NCBI GenBank assembly: GCA_963668645.2
Contig: CAXXWC010000021.1
Coordinates: forward strand, 1,184,001 to 1,248,000
Direction: 5' to 3'
From: Desulfobacterales bacterium
GTDB lineage: Bacteria > Desulfobacterota > Desulfobacteria > Desulfobacterales > UBA2174
Length of the DNA: 64,000 bases
Below, piece after piece: positions 61,704-64,000 of this stretch (position 1 is its first letter; each line of letters opens with the position of its first letter). The position numbers were made by a program, and so were the translations under genes. The notes beneath the pieces are model-generated. The model was given only the letters and a program-made list of their open reading frames with translations. It was not told the DNA's origin and did not search any database.

Positions 61704-63071
61704 TCATTTCCCCAAAGCCGCGATCTTGTCCGTCACGTTGTGGCGGATCCACTGGTCGTCCCACCATTCGATGGGGTTGACGAAGGTGTTGTGCACCAGC
61801 ATCGAAAAATGCAGATGATCGCCGCCGGCCAGCCCTGAGGTCCCTGTGAGCCCCAGGATATCGCCGCGGCCGACTATCTGTTCGGGGTGCACGTCGATGC
61901 GGCTCAGGTGGCTGTACATGGAAAAGAGCCCCAGTCCGTGGTCGACGAGCACCGTCATGCCATAAATTCCCAATTCGCCGCAGAAGACCACCCGGCCGTT
62001 GTTGGCGGCCGGCACAGGGCTGTTGGCCAGTGAGGCCAGGTCGATGCCCATATGCACCTGGCGATCGATCTCCTTTCCTTGATGACGGTATACGCGGTGA
62101 TCGGCGAACATGGCCCGGTTGGCGGCCCGCGGCAGCCGGATGAAGGTGCCGGTCCAGTGGCGCTCGTCGTCCGAGCGGCGCACCAGCTCCCCGATGCGCT
62201 CGGAGTTGGCCCGCCGCACCTCGCGGTTGATCTTGAGAAACTGGTCCAGCGGCGATTCGGGAAGGGGCGCGGGCACCAGGGCGGCCAATTCCGGCATCTT
62301 GGACGCCAGAAAGCCGTCGCTGATTTCCAGCCGATCCTGGCGCCAGCGGTGCGCACGCAGATGGTGCACCAGCCCCTTTTGGGCCATGTTGCCCGCTTCG
62401 TCTTCGGCGATCACCGCCAGGGAGGTACCCGGTCCCTGGTCGTAGCTCAAGGCCACAAAAGCGGCCAACACCTGGGCGTCCGGTGAAACCCCTGCCTGGC
62501 CCGGGTAGAAGGTTTCCCCCACCTGCACGCCGGAGCGCCGACAGGGTTCCGAAACCCGATAGAGGACCAGGCCGCTGCCCCCCTGGTTGATGTTGTGGGT
62601 CCTTGAAAGGACCGTAATCACCGGCGGGCGGGTATCGATGAGAAGCTTGCGTTCGAGAACGATCCGGTTCCCGCGGCCCCATCCACGCCAGGAATTATCA
62701 CGGACCTCGACCTGCATCAGCATCTCACCGTCTTTGATGCCGTGCTCGGCGGGCACCAGACGCAACTCGATGCGATCGCTGCGCTGGCCGCCGCCCAACC
62801 AGCCGCCCCCCGGATAGGCCTTGTCGGCCAGAACCACGGTCTTGCCCTGGCCGGTCAGCGACAGGCGCACCTCGCGCAACCCGCTGCCCGCATCCACCGC
62901 ATCCAGAGAAAAGGTGCATTCGCGCCCCACGGCCGCAATAGCCGGGTCTACGGTCACCACCGGGGCCGTCCCTTCAAGGCGCCCCGAGACAACCAGCCCC
63001 AAAACAGCCACCAGAAGCCCCAAAGCGGCCGCGAAACCGATCCATTTAATTTTTTTTGTCCCACTTTTCAA
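61704..63071 (-). CDS. M23 family peptidoglycan metallopeptidase with N-terminal membrane anchor
   Basis: HMGID (HxxxD), YSH, GDHLHF (HxH). Confidence 0.9.
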   Translation of the reverse strand: MKSGTKKIKWIGFAAALGLLVAVLGLVVSGRLEGTAPVVTVDPAIAAVGRECTFSLDAVDAGSGLREVRLSLTGQGKTVVLADKAYPGGGWLGGGQRSDRIELRLVPAEHGIKDGEMLMQVEVRDNSWRGWGRGNRIVLERKLLIDTRPPVITVLSRTHNINQGGSGLVLYRVSEPCRRSGVQVGETFYPGQAGVSPDAQVLAAFVALSYDQGPGTSLAVIAEDEAGNMAQKGLVHHLRAHRWRQDRLEISDGFLASKMPELAALVPAPLPESPLDQFLKINREVRRANSERIGELVRRSDDERHWTGTFIRLPRAANRAMFADHRVYRHQGKEIDRQVHMGIDLASLANSPVPAANNGRVVFCGELGIYGMTVLVDHGLGLFSMYSHLSRIDVHPEQIVGRGDILGLTGTSGLAGGDHLHFSMLVHNTFVNPIEWWDDQWIRHNVTDKIAALGK

Positions 63072-63188
63072 TGCATTACCCGCTTTCTACGATCCATTCC
63101 AAATAAGCTGCCACATTAACAAGGAGCGCCGGCCGAATCAAGGGCCTGCCTTGACTTTTGCTCCGCTGCGGGATATTGGTCTGGCCTT

Positions 63189-64000
63189 ATGAAAGGCATT
63201 GATTTTGCAAACACCCCGCCTCCGGCCGGGGTACAGATCGGATCCGTCACGGTTGGCGGCGGCGGTTTGACGTTGATCGCCGGCCCCTGCGTCATCGAAA
63301 GCCCGCAACTGGCGTTGCACGTGGCCCGCCAACTCAAGACCCTTTGCCAACGTCTGGCCCTGCCTTTGATTTTCAAGGCCTCCTACGACAAGGCCAACCG
63401 GAGTTCGGTGCGCTCTTTTCGCGGGCCCGGACTCATCGACGGGCTGTCTGTTCTGGCCCAAATCCGGCGGGAGGTCAACATTCCCGTTTTGTCCGACGTT
63501 CACAGCCCCGGCGAGGTCGAACGGGCTGCCGAGGTCCTGGATGTCCTCCAGATCCCGGCCTTTTTATGCCGCCAGACCGATCTGCTGCTGGCTGCGGCGG
63601 CCACCGGCCTACCCTTGAACATCAAAAAGGGCCAGTTCATGGCCCCCTGGGATATGCGCCAGGTGGTGGCCAAGGTCGCCTCGACCGGAAGCTCCCATCA
63701 GGTACTGCTCACCGAACGGGGCGCAAGCTTCGGTTACAACAACCTGGTGGTCGATTTTCGCGGCCTGGCCATCCTGCGCAGCCTGGGCTGCCCGGTGGTC
63801 TTCGACGCCACCCACAGTGTCCAACTGCCCGGTGCGGCAGGGGAAAGCTCCGGGGGCGAACGTGAATTCGCTCCCGTCCTGGCCAGCGCCGCCGTAGCGG
63901 CCGGTGCCGACGCCATCTTCATGGAGGTCCATCCAGATCCTGATCGGGCCCTCTGTGACGGGGCCAATTCCCTGCCCCTCGACCAGCTCGAACCCATCCT
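63189..64000 (+). CDS. kdsA: KDO-8-phosphate synthase (3' end beyond the window; missing from the ORF track)
   Basis: Manual translation: LIAGPCVIES, FKASYDKANRSS..SFRGPG, QIPAFLCRQTDL, NIKKGQF, ERG.SFGYNNLVVD, FDATHSVQ, EVHPDP..A.CDG. Confidence 0.95.
   Translation, partial: MKGIDFANTPPPAGVQIGSVTVGGGGLTLIAGPCVIESPQLALHVARQLKTLCQRLALPLIFKASYDKANRSSVRSFRGPGLIDGLSVLAQIRREVNIPVLSDVHSPGEVERAAEVLDVLQIPAFLCRQTDLLLAAAATGLPLNIKKGQFMAPWDMRQVVAKVASTGSSHQVLLTERGASFGYNNLVVDFRGLAILRSLGCPVVFDATHSVQLPGAAGESSGGEREFAPVLASAAVAAGADAIFMEVHPDPDRALCDGANSLPLDQLEPI

Noticed and set aside
60523..62682. 719-aa ORF suggesting a large fusion protein
   Set aside because: The first ~330 aa are an alternative frame overlapping the M23 peptidase gene; DUF39 similarity starts at MKTFNVNK (61689), which has its own RBS.

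Overview
High-GC bacterial chromosome segment, most consistent with an anaerobic Desulfobacterota (deltaproteobacterial) genome; this is inferred from gene content and protein style. Left (1-12.5 kb): an hpsR-hpsN-hpsO-hpsP-suyA-suyB cluster for 2,3-dihydroxypropane-1-sulfonate (DHPS) catabolism with a perfect LacI-type operator, an AEC transporter, a MoaD/ThiS + ThiF pair, a 2-hydroxyacyl-CoA dehydratase with its activator, and a divergent glutaconyl-CoA decarboxylase alpha subunit. Middle (12.5-43.4 kb, minus strand): one continuous translation/transcription supercluster (tRNA-Thr/Tyr/Gly/Thr, tuf, rpmG, tRNA-Trp, secE, nusG, rplKAJL, rpoBC, rpsL, rpsG, a second tuf, and the S10, spc and alpha operons) that lacks fusA and adk/map. 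Right: mltD, tRNA-Arg(CCT), an AT-richer patch (IS relics, an intact IS, a matching MITE, rfbB, rfbA, gmd, a degenerate AAA ATPase), then a plsC-like gene, alaS, recA, thpR, a DUF39 homocysteine-biosynthesis gene, an M23 peptidase and a partial kdsA. The most striking observation is a ~99-aa parvulin/PpiC-like (peptidyl-prolyl isomerase fold) domain inserted in frame inside RNA polymerase beta' (RpoC). All family assignments come from recognising motifs by eye; no searches were run.
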